NCBI GenBank assembly: GCA_020536535.1
Contig: JAHLWZ010000837.1
Coordinates: 1-64,000 of the forward strand
DNA: 64,000 nucleotides
Direction: 5' to 3'
Source: Pelomyxa schiedti
Lineage: Eukaryota; Protista; Evosea
This document shows positions 11,792-34,375 of this stretch, one piece after another; positions within the stretch are counted from its first letter, which is position 1, and every line of letters begins with the position of its first letter. A model generated the notes under the pieces. That model did no database searches. It was not told the origin of the DNA and saw nothing but the letters and a program-made list of their open reading frames with translations. A program made the position numbers and the translations under genes.

Positions 11792-13321
11792 ATGAGCGGG
11801 GTTTCGCCTACGGAGCAGGTTGTGAGGATTGGCGTCGTGGTACCATTGAGTGGGGGTGAGGAGTTGTTCGGATCTCAGGGTCTACAGGGTGTCCAATTGG
11901 CAGTGGTGAGAGTCCATGTCATTTGCTGCCTCGGGACTAAACTGTTTTTTTGTGAAAAAAAAAAGGAGGAACTCAACACAGGGCGGAACAGCAGCGGTCT
12001 GCGTTACGAAATTGTGGTTCATGACGAGAAGACCAATGACGCGGTGGCCTCGAAACTCACTGAGAAAGTATTTCACGTTCCCACTATGTGACCCCACTCT
12101 GCCATTACATAAAAGTTTGTTAGGTTATTGTGGAGGATAATGTAATTGCAGTTGTGGGACCCACCAGTAGCAAGGATAGGAATGCAATGATGGCAGTGTG
12201 TGAAAAACTGCACACACCTCTACTTTATGGTTCTCTTAATTCTTAATTAATAAGGCACTACAAAAACTTGGGTTTCCTTTGACAGTAATTTACTGCAGGC
12301 ACTGATTATGAGGGAGGCTGCTACTCCAGATACTTGTTTTGCTACTCGCCAATACCAGCACATTATGTTGATCCTCTTGTTCCATACTTAAAGGAAACGT
12401 ATCCCCCACTACCAGGCCAGAGAAGTGGTTTCTTTTTGCTTGGGACTGACTATGTGTGGCCAAAGCAGATATTTGTTTCTTTCAAGGCAAAGGTAAGACC
12501 AAATGAAAGTTTTTACGAATTAAATTATATCCCAAAAGATGGCAGAGCTTGATATAAACTACACAGAGTCGTTGCTTCCATTCCCAGTTGTGAACTGGGA
12601 ACCCATCATCAATGATATTCTGGCTTCAAATTGTCAGGTTGTTGTTGTATGCCTTATTGGTACGGATGGGCAGAACTTCTTGACAGCTTTCGCCAAGAGA
12701 AATATTCCCAGAAGGTTCTGCCTGCTAAAATTTCTAACACGTGCAACTCATTCTCCTCAATCAGCATTCAGATATGTGTTATGGCCTTCAACGAAAATTA
12801 TATGAACGGACTCCCGCCAGAGTGTGTGGAAGGGGTGATTACCTGCACACACTTTCTCAGTACCCTGAACCAGCCCGAAACCAAAGATTTTGTTGCCCGA
12901 TCACAAAGAATGTTCCCCTCTAGTGTAACAAGGTATTTCAAAGCCATTCGGTTTGTATTTTGGAAAAACATTTCTAGCTACATGGTGGAATCACATTATG
13001 GACTTATAAAGCTTCTGGACTCTGCAATAAGACGAACCGGAAATTCCCTAGACAAAGTTTGTCCTTTTCCCAACTTAGCATCCAACCCCCACAAGGAACG
13101 AATTATTGATGCATTTGGGGATCAAGACATTGTGGTAGGAAATGGACATGTCTTCATGCGAAAGGAGGACCACCACATGATCCTCAATATGGTAATTGCA
13201 GAGGTATCTACTTCTGAATCACACAGACCCTATTCTAACTCTTCCGCAGGTTAAAAATGGGGTACTTGTTGTCACGAAAAATATTGGACAAGTCGTTCCT
13301 CCACTTCAAAACGGGCTTTAA
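11792..13321 (+). CDS. AmiC/UrtA/FmdD-like type I periplasmic-binding-fold protein (amide/urea-binding family), intron-containing, no signal peptide
   Basis: VRIGVVVPLSG, VIAVVGPTSSKDRNAM, PLLYGTDYEGG, FFLLGTDYVWPK and HHMILNMVIAEV match urea/short-amide binding proteins. About 7 GT-AG introns. Stop TAA at 13319-13321. Confidence 0.82.
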
Positions 13322-13405
13322 ATGAGAGCTTTGAAAAGAACTTGTAACACCAAAAAGAAAACATCTTTTTTTTTGTGCTTCTTTGAATTACCACTGCAGC
13401 TGTAA

Positions 13406-15590
13406 CTAGTTTACAGCGAGCATTACCAAACTAAGAACCACATTTATTACCAGGAGACCAGTTCCAAAAGCCAAAATGTACTGGAAAACCTGTGGGAATA
13501 TGAGAAAGGGAAATGTCCGATATCAGTACCTTTCTTTTTTTTGCTGTCTCTATTGTGGCGCTGTAATGGACAGCAACTAACGCGGCCAGAACATATTCAC
13601 CATCAACAAATTTACAGGGCGCCATGTTCATTAAACCAAGAGCAAAGGAGATGGACAGAACATGGCTTAGACATATGTTAACTAGTAACAGTATTTGGAG
13701 TGAAGACACACAAAAAGAGTGTCGACCAAAAATGCGGGGCCAGCAACAGGAAAGAAGGCATAAAACTCCAGCGTAGTTGGTATCGATCAACTTTGACTGG
13801 GGATTTTTTAGTTGCGCTAAGGTAATATTTGTGTTACATACATGATTGAAACAAGCTATGTGGAGAGCCAAGAAAAAGCAGGGTTGAGATAGAAGAATCC
13901 CATGGTCTCCGCAAATGCAGTGTAATAAGAGACGTTCCGTTTTGCCAAATTATTGGAACCGCACAGGCTGAAGACATGGATGGGCATTCTTCGTGCTTAG
14001 AGCACGTCCGCCGCGCAGACGAAACAACTGCGTGAGCATTGAGGCAGTAGTGAAGGGTGGGAGCTATCTTGCAAAAATAGAACCAATCAGAAGAGAATTG
14101 TGGCATAGAGACATTACCGTTTTCACTATCAACAGCAAAGCAGTACCCATTCCCAGTATAATGGCTGCTACAGCATTCACTTGCCATTACAGACGGGATC
14201 TTGAAATCTAATAAAATCATCAGTATAGCATATTTACTGAGTATTCTCTACTATCAAGAACTCGAATATCAGGAAGACAATAACCCGGTGAAGAAGTGAA
14301 CTCAGCAAGGCAGTTCTCCCATTCCCGTACATTGCCAACATTACATTTTTCAACAGCAGTAATTTCATCACCGGGAAAGATGTGACCCATAAGAGGAGAG
14401 CTCTGAGAAATCAGTTAGTGACTTTTCTTGATTATTACTATTCTAATTATTGTCCTTTTTGTTGTAGATACAGGAAAATACATCGGGTACAGATGTCACA
14501 ACGGCAGCATTGGGTGAAGAATAAAAAGGATAGAGAAAACAGGGCATAGCAATTAATACAACACAAACGAAAACTGAAACTACTAAGTTGTGCCATGCTC
14601 CTGCTGAGAATACTCGCCAAGTTGTTCTACTTGTTGTCATACCCCCAGTGCCACCCATGGAGATGGTCACTGTGTTATTGCTGTCAGACGTATATTGGTC
14701 ACTTGTACTTGCTGCATTACCATCAGATGAACGCCATTGTGCACTAGAAGCACTGCCACCTGAGCTAAAACCAGTGGTTTCAGTTCCACCTGATGAAGCG
14801 TATTCTTCACCACAAATACTATCAGGTAGGCAAACGTAGGCACCAGGATAAATTACAGCAATGAAAGCACCAGCTCCTTGAATCAATATACCTTCACTTC
14901 AGAAGTGAAAAAGCCATCTAAAAAAGGGATTGGTGGGTACCTTAAAGAAGTGTAAGTCAAGTTTGTCTAGTTTTGTAACTCATTATAAAAACCTTGCAGC
15001 AGAGAGTGCATGCCCAAGTTCGTGGGAGCAACCAGATAAAATCAATGCTATAAAGAGATAGAATATCTGTCCCCATGGTACAGTAAATCCAGGAAGCTGC
15101 ATACCAACATCAAACACTTTGAAAGGAAGGGAGTATTAAAGCACACCACTGGGGTCAATAACTGGCTTTGCTGTGCACCGATAGCGCCCTGTCGTGAATA
15201 GCCCCTCCACAACATAACAAGATTGGCAATAAGAACAGCAACACTGCCAACCATTGCGACAACACCTACAATTGCGCCAATTCGATAGAATGTTCTCAAT
15301 TTCCATCTGTACATCCAACCAACACGCCTAGACAGACAAGAAAAAGGCAGTCAGCACTGACTTGGCAAAAGAATTAGAATAGCACTACCGCAACCAATCA
15401 TCAAAAATGTGTGTGTGGATGCTACAATAGCCCGGCAAAACAGTAACCTCAACTTTTCTCGGTTGCCGAGGTGACTTCGAGGCCTGTGTGCAGTCACATA
15501 ACTTCCAAACAGCAACAACATACGTACCTGGTAAATGACGTTGACAACTACCCACGACAGGCACAGCACCAGCACACCCCATATCCACAT
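13406..15590 (-). CDS. MBTPS2: Site-2 protease (M50 intramembrane metalloprotease) with PDZ and Cys-rich insert
   Basis: HELGHALSAA, GAFIAVIYPGAYV, RVFSAGAWHN, PDZ-like GHIFPGDEITAV and NMAPCKFVDG (the NxxPxxxLDG equivalent). Several transmembrane segments. Confidence 0.9.
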
Positions 15591-15743
15591 TTTTTTTTTG
15601 TTAATTGTGAAGATCTCGCTTCGGTTGACAGGTGTCAACGGTGGCCTCAGAACGAAACCCCTGCTTGCACCTGAGAATCTCGGCTGTGTCTCTGGAAGAC
15701 AGGAATTCTGGCCCTCTGATCCAGGGAAAGATCTGGAGAAAAG

Positions 15744-18700
15744 ATGGCGATGCACCGAAAACCGGGACCGTATGACGGTAGACCGCAAGGGGCAGGGACT
15801 GTCGGCACCGCAGGCAAAACAACTGTCAGCAGTGCTGCGTATTCGTCGTCATCACCGTCGCCCAGTTTGAGCACCGCGATCGCAGCGTCGCCTGGATCTC
15901 AGCCGCGATCTCTGCCTTATGCGAGCGGTAGTGGTCATTCTAGCAGCGGCAGCGGCGGCGTCGGCGTCGGCGGCGTTGGTGGCGGATTGTGGGACAACAT
16001 TTTCGATGAGGTGGACTCGGAAGAGCTGGCAGACCACAACCCCGAGGTTCTGATTCAATTTGGCACCCGCAGTTGCTTTGTTGGGTGTAACTTAACTTTG
16101 TTGCTCAGCTGTACTGGGCTAATAGGGACAGCATCATTTTCTTGATTGACTCCCAAGAATCAATGTTTGAAGTTTCACCCGATGGCGGGGAGATTCCGTT
16201 CTACAATGCCATCAAATGCGCCGTTGCAACGCTAAAGGATAAGATTATTTCAAGCGACGACGATTTGCTGGCTGTTTGTTTGTTTAGTACGGTGTGCCTA
16301 TTTGTCTCCCGTTGGTCTCGCTCTCATGTGGTGCAATACAGCGAGAAAAACGCAATTTGAACGAGTTTGAAGGCATATACGTCCTATTTGACCTGGATGT
16401 CCCTGACGCTCCCCGTATCCTCCAGTTAGAGAAAATATTGGGTCTGTTGCACAGTTGCACCCACGATACGTAACTCACTATGATCCCGCAGCAAATCGAG
16501 AGCAACCACCGTTTGGAACTTCTCCCCCGATTCCTTTGTGTGACGCCCTCTGGACCTGCTCCACGATGTTCTCCAACTGGTTCTCCTCCCTATGCATTCA
16601 TTCCATTGACCATCACCTAGCGTTACTAGAGTTGGGCATCGCAGGATATTTCTTTTCACTAATGAAGACAATCCAAATGCAGACAACCAGCACGCCCGAG
16701 AACGAACAGTACAACGAGCAAAGGTGAGAGCTCAAACAGCATGCCTGTCTTAATCTTCGGCACCCAGGATTTAGCTGAACTTGGAATCGATATCGAATTG
16801 TTTGCAATGAACAAACTTGATGCTGCATTCAATGTAGAATCATTTTACGCCGCTCTCCTGGCGTTCAATTCTGATGATGAAATGGGTTCAATACACTTTG
16901 ATGCTGCAGAAAAATTTGCGGAGCTCCAGGAAAATGTGCGAAGGAAGGAGTTCAAGAAGAGGACACTGGGTAAAATTATGCTAGTGATTGGACAAAAACT
17001 AGGTACTCCTGCCTGACAAGCAACTTTCTATTTGCTCAAACTACCACAAAGAAATTTCTCTGAGTATGTATAGTCTTTGCCATGAGTCAACAAAAGGCAG
17101 ATATGTGCGACTGGACAGTAAGACACACCAACCTGTCAAGTCGATGACTCAGGTTGGTATTCCCAACCCCCTTTTATTCCTAATGCCTCCTCACTAAGTG
17201 ATAGTAGTGGGTATGTGAGGACACTGGGTCTTTACTTATGCCCTCTCAAGTCAAGTATTGTTACCTGTATGGTGGAGAAAGAGTGGTTTTCACAAAGGAC
17301 GAGTTGACAGAGATAAAAACTGTTGGAAAGCCAGGTAAGCGTAGTATGGATTTTGCACGTGTTTTTAGTGGAACTAGGACTTCAGTTACTTGGCTTCAAA
17401 CCTCGGTCATGGCTAAAAGACTACTACAATTACAAAGCTTCCAATTTCCTTTATCCTGATGAAAAGGTTGTAGGAAATTTATTTATTCTTTCCTACCAAA
17501 ATTCACTCAAAATAGACTGTGTCTGGGAGTACCTTGGCCTGTGTTGCTTTAATCGATCAAATGATTTCTCTCAACAGAATTGCAATTTGCTTGCTAACTC
17601 TAAGACTCAATACTCCCCCAAGGCTTGTGGCGCTTCTTCCTCAAGTAAGTTTGTGTAATGTCTTCCATCAATACATGCCAACCGAAAATCAGTTTGAGCA
17701 ATATGATGAAGATCATGTTATGACTTGTCCTGGAGGGTTTTATATCATTTACCTGCCATATAGTGATGACATTCGCGCAATACAGTTAGAGCCAACAAAA
17801 AAAGGTTTTCATTTGTTGAGATTTTTTCCTAACATTTTTATTTAACTATTCTCACACAAAAAGCTGCTGTGGAGCAAATTGTGCTTGCAAAAAGAGTGGT
17901 GAAAAAACTGCACATTCAATTTGACAGCAGAAATTTTGAAAATCCTAGTTTGCCTGTTTCTTTATGACGTGCTCTCAATGGCTCCGTTTTTTTTTTAAAA
18001 CAACAATAGCACTCCAGACACATTATGCCAATTTACAGGCCCTTGCTCTTGAGAAGGAGACGGTAGAGCCAGTTCAAGATTACTTGTTGCCGGATGAAGA
18101 AGGAATGTTAAGGGTTTGCAGTACAAATGTCATTTAGTCTCTCATTTTATCGTAGTACAGCGACCAGATTTTGGCCTTCAAGAATGCCGTTTTTCCAACA
18201 GATTATGATGAAAATGCCCATCCAGCAATAAAGCGGAAGGTTGGGAGAACTGTTTTCCGCTTTCTCATTTCTTCTCAGGCCACGTTCCCTGCCACAACGG
18301 GAGAAGCTCCTCCAGCTGCTCACTCATCCAAAAGGCGAGTTGTAGATTTTGACTTGGAGGCACAAGACTGGCCAGAATTGGTTTCATCCGGCAGAGTACC
18401 TTCTCTTCGAGCAAATAACATTTTCATTCTAAGAATTAAACAGATTGCTAAACTCACTATCCCGCAGCTGAAAGCTTTTCTACACTGGCAACAGCAACCT
18501 CTTGGAGGCAAAACAAAGAAAGATGATATCCTTGACATAGTAAAGCGCTTCGTCACGGAAAATCCAGATAAGTTCACACTTGAAGCATTGGAGGAAATGA
18601 AATCTAAACAATCGGACACATCTAATATTGGTGCGGCTACAACCACTTCAACAACAACTTCCATCTCAGCAGGGCAGAATGAAAAACCAACTATCACCAA

Positions 18701-19336
18701 GCCTCTCAAATCTAGGAGTGCAGAAGAACCTTCAGGCAGTGAAGGTGAACCTGAACTTCCCCTTGCAAAAAGCCCTGGAACCACACCTGAACCCGCTATT
18801 GTCCAAGATACCAAAGGAGATACATCTGCTATGCGTAAACAATTCTTTGTGCGGCACTTTGGGCTGGATGACTCCGACCCTAACACACCTCCATCAGACT
18901 ACAAGAGAGATGACTCTGTGCCAAAGAAAGTAGTTTGGTCATCCTCCAAAAAAGTGGCAGGGTGCACTACCGAGAAACAGGATTCATTCAAATTCTCACC
19001 GCCCCAGAGCCCCCCAACTGCATCTTGCGTCGACAATAGTGCCCAAATGGCCTCACACCCAAAGCCTCACTTTGTCTTTGGTGACCAAACTTCAGAACCA
19101 GGCTCTCCACTTTCACAGGCCGAACCGCCTTCAGCATCAGTTGCTCTCAACAGTGCGACAGCAACAGCAGCGCCCAACAAACAACTTCCATCATGTAAAT
19201 ATGGCAGGCATTGCTACCGCAAAAATCCCCAGCACTTTTTGGTGTGTGCTTTTTTTTCCCTCCACCACATGACTGACACCAAACTCAGGAATACAGTCAC
19301 CCTTCTGGGGATATGGATTCTGATTTGTCCGGATGA
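15744..19336 (+). CDS. XRCC6: Ku70 with vWA, Ku core, SAP and C-terminal PBZ zinc finger
   Basis: RDSIIFLIDSQESMF, RIFLFTNEDNP, GLQLLGFKP, FLYPDEK, GFYIIYLPYSDDIR, FENPTLQTHYANLQALAL. SAP IAKLTIPQLKAFL...KKDDILDIV. PBZ CKYGRHCYRKNPQHFL|EYSH. Confidence 0.95.
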
Positions 19337-19758
19337 TACGTCCCTCACTGAATCTTTTTCCCTTCTGTGCATTTGTTCCCACATCAAATAAAATGGGTGT
19401 ACCAACTCCTGTGCCAAACAACTTTGGTTGGTAACAAGGTTTTATTAGGTTGTGTTTGTCGGCAGGTTAACTATTCTGGTTGCGTGTTAAGGCTAGGGAG
19501 AGAATCGGGAGGCGACATCCTTCTGGGAAAACCCTTTCACAGCCAGGTCTTCTCCACCGATCCGAACATCGTTATCAAGGCGGGTCGGCATCAACAGCAG
19601 CCGCCTCCTCCCTGGTCCCGTCGTTACTCCGTCTTCGCGCTGCTGTGGGTGGTGGCGGGCACGGACTGGACATGAAAGGCGAAATCTGATCAGATCTCCG
19701 GTTCGTCGAAAAGAACATTTGTTCTTCCCATCACATTTTTGATCATCAGACAACTTCG

Positions 19759-31370
<11,612 letters not shown>

Positions 31371-31586
31371 GCACAAAAACCACTCCCAATCTTCCCTCAG
31401 TAGTGCATGTATACACACCAAGAGACTGTACCGGCAGGAATTCCATCACCACCACACCCAACACACAGACTATCTGTTCCTATTTGAAAAAACAGGAAAG
31501 ACTATGCACCACTTTTCTCGTAATCTGCCAGTGAGGCAGATTGTCCAATCGATTACCGAACTGAAGAAAAAAAAACCAACCGCCGC

Positions 31587-33195
31587 ATGAGTGGGCACAC
31601 ACCACGAGACCGGTCGTTGTTCAAGACAGGAGAATACCTCTACGAACTGTCGCCCAACCAGAGGGACCGCAGAAAAGAGGCAGCAGCACTGCACCGTGAG
31701 AAAACACTCGAAGAAAGTGAAGACCCAGAGGTCGTTGCGGTGCGCGAGCCGCTGCGGCGGGTTCCCCCAGAGTGGATCAAAGTGCGACCGCGACCCACGG
31801 CTGCCGACAACAAACACTATGACCGTGAAATCGTGGCAGTCAAGTCGAAAGGACTTGACAAAGTGGTGTTTCAGGCCGCCTGTATAATTTCCACGTGGTA
31901 CAGCGGCAGGAGCGCAGACATCGAGGTGGCTTTCCTGGGGTGACCTTCATTCTTTTCTTTTCTTTTTTACACCCACAGTGGCCGACCTAACGTCGCGTTC
32001 TTGTTGGATAGACACCCGCAGAATAGCTTGAGAAGCAGTGTACCTTTGAATTGTATTTTCGACATTGCCGCCCCCAAAAGTATTACCGAAATTTTTGATC
32101 CAGAGGTTGTAACAAAGTGGTTTGGAATTTCACTGCTGCTTGGTGTGCAACAGGGGAAATCTCACCTAATGCTGCCTGTCCCCTTGATAACTGCAATTGC
32201 TTCATATGCTGCTCGTATGTTACTGATTCCCATTCAATTTTCACTTTCTAAGGTATGACACACTCACATTCCCATTTCTCATGCATGAGAACAGCTTGGT
32301 CGTGATACACCACTGCCAACCCGTCTTATACAAATTGCAGCTATGGAAGCTGAGTGGCCACATTGGCGAGACTGGTCGCAGTGCACGTGGACAATGCAAC
32401 CCAGAGCATTTCCAACGATGCGGGAAATCGTAGGTTTCATCAATTCTGTAATTGCACCAAATTTCAGTTTCTCCTATTGTGATAGCGAACATGCTATGCT
32501 GTACTGTCAACACGCAGTTGAGGTTTCTTTTGGGGGCTTGGATCCACTGGTTTTGCAAAAGTACTACAGAGCATGTGTATCGGGAGAGCTCGTTCTTTCG
32601 TCTAAAATATCTGGCTTGTTCAGCTCATATGGTGTGTGCTTTGGCCCACAAGCGACAACAGTTGTCCGGAAAGATGAGAGGAATACTACTACACAGGTAT
32701 GCGACCTTCGGATTGGAGACCAAGTGGCCACAGGTTTCGCACCCTCCCCTTTTGCAACTGTATTGTGTATATGGAGGTTGTTCTTGCTCAAATTTCTACT
32801 CTTTTCTCAACTTCTCTAGGTGTATTTTAACAAGACCTACACCTATTTATTCTCTGCGAGGAGATGAAGGAACAAGGCTACAAATCACTCTTGATCATCC
32901 CATCAATACTGATGGCAAGTGGTGCCTTCCTTCAATCCGCACGCTATCGTCTAGCTCGCAAGCCGCTCCAGAAAAGCAACACCTTTTCCCTGGCTCCAGC
33001 GTATACAACGTAGTGCTGGGTGGAGCCACCAAAACCATGCTTGTTGGAGGAGTGAAGTGCTGCACTCTGGGCATGCCTGTACCAAACCACCGCGACTCCT
33101 TCTGGGGTACAAACAAAGTGATTGACTGGCTCCAGAAGCTCCCCACCTACCCCTACGTTGTTTCCATCAAGGACAAAGAAACAGGCAAAAACTGA
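31587..33195 (+). CDS. Protein with an unknown N-terminus and a C-terminal Hint (Vint-type) domain, 4 exons
   Basis: G-V-C-F at 32631-32642, then DLRIGDQVAT, ATVLCIW, LQITLDHP (TxxH), GKW, VYNVVL, VGGVKCCTLG and FWGTNKVIDWLQKLP, which follow the Vint/Hint pattern. Confidence 0.72.
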
Positions 33196-33361
33196 ACTCT
33201 GCCCCCCTCATTCGACGCGTGAATTTCGTTTGATAACGTAACACCCTGCTGAGGAGAATCTGACCGATTGGCAGATTAACGGATCCAAGTTGGTCCGAAA
33301 AAAACAAAAGGGGAGTCATCAAACACCATCACACTTCGCGTTAAGGACCGTTGTATTGCGT

Positions 33362-34294
33362 ATGGGAGAGGCTCTAGAGTGCAAAATATGTTTCAATGAA
33401 TACGACCTAAACCAGAGGGTTCCGAAGTACGTTCGTTGTTCAATGAATTTTTTTTTGTTCTGTTCTTACCATGGGGTGTTGTTTATATGCAACTGTTGCA
33501 CGGCTTACAAAACAAAAAGGGTTTTGAACTGCATGCACACATTCTGTGACGAGTGCATGGAGCACCTAATAAACGACGCTGTGATGAAGAATTCACTTCA
33601 GATATTGTGCCCTGTTGACAGGACACCAACGCCAATCAACACCCCACTGCGAAAGAACTACGCACTTATGGACGTAATACAACAACAGCAACCCAAGTCG
33701 TCACCATCACCATCATCCTCCACATCACTAATGACTGGTTCACAAATGATGTCTACCTCAGTCCCTCCATACTCCTCCTCCTCCTCCTCCTTCCACTCGC
33801 CGCCACCCTCCTCCTCTTCCTATATCAGTAACACAAACCCCTATGTAAGCTCCTCTGTCATTTCATATCCCCCTCGTTCTCCAACCACACCATCACAGCA
33901 CCCACAGCAGCAGCAGCAGCCGCAGCCGACAAAGTACTATTACCAACAACCCCCCACATTCCCACCCACTAACAACACCAACCAATGGCCACCATACCAA
34001 CAACCGGCACAATCATACCCCCCTCCTCCTTCTCCTTACTCTGGGTATCCTCCTCCACCTCAACAGATGTACCAAAGTACTCCAGTGTATCCTGGATACC
34101 AGCAATATCCCCCATATCCTCCCCCTCCAACATCATATTACTACCCCCCTCCCTCAGGCTCACCATACCCACCTCAATACCCTCCTCCCCCACCTCAGCA
34201 GATGTACCAAAATACTCAGTATGCACATAACAATGCGGGAATGGAATGGGCTACAACACCCTTGGGCCATTTGGGCCAAAGTGGATTTTTGTAA
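33362..34294 (+). CDS. RING-HC finger protein with Pro/Tyr/Gln-rich tail
   Basis: LECKICFNEY...VPK|VLNCMHTFCDECM...CPVDR...KNYAL with one intron. The tail carries a duplicated PPPQQMYQ(S/N)T. Confidence 0.85.
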   Translation: MGEALECKICFNEYDLNQRVPKYVRCSMNFFLFCSYHGVLFICNCCTAYKTKRVLNCMHTFCDECMEHLINDAVMKNSLQILCPVDRTPTPINTPLRKNYALMDVIQQQQPKSSPSPSSSTSLMTGSQMMSTSVPPYSSSSSSFHSPPPSSSSYISNTNPYVSSSVISYPPRSPTTPSQHPQQQQQPQPTKYYYQQPPTFPPTNNTNQWPPYQQPAQSYPPPPSPYSGYPPPPQQMYQSTPVYPGYQQYPPYPPPPTSYYYPPPSGSPYPPQYPPPPPQQMYQNTQYAHNNAGMEWATTPLGHLGQSGFL

Positions 34295-34375
34295 TACAAA
34301 ATATAGTAGTGTTTGTTTCAGGGTAACTTGTGTGGTTTTTTGGTTGGGTCTTCCATAATCACTACCTGTTCGTTT

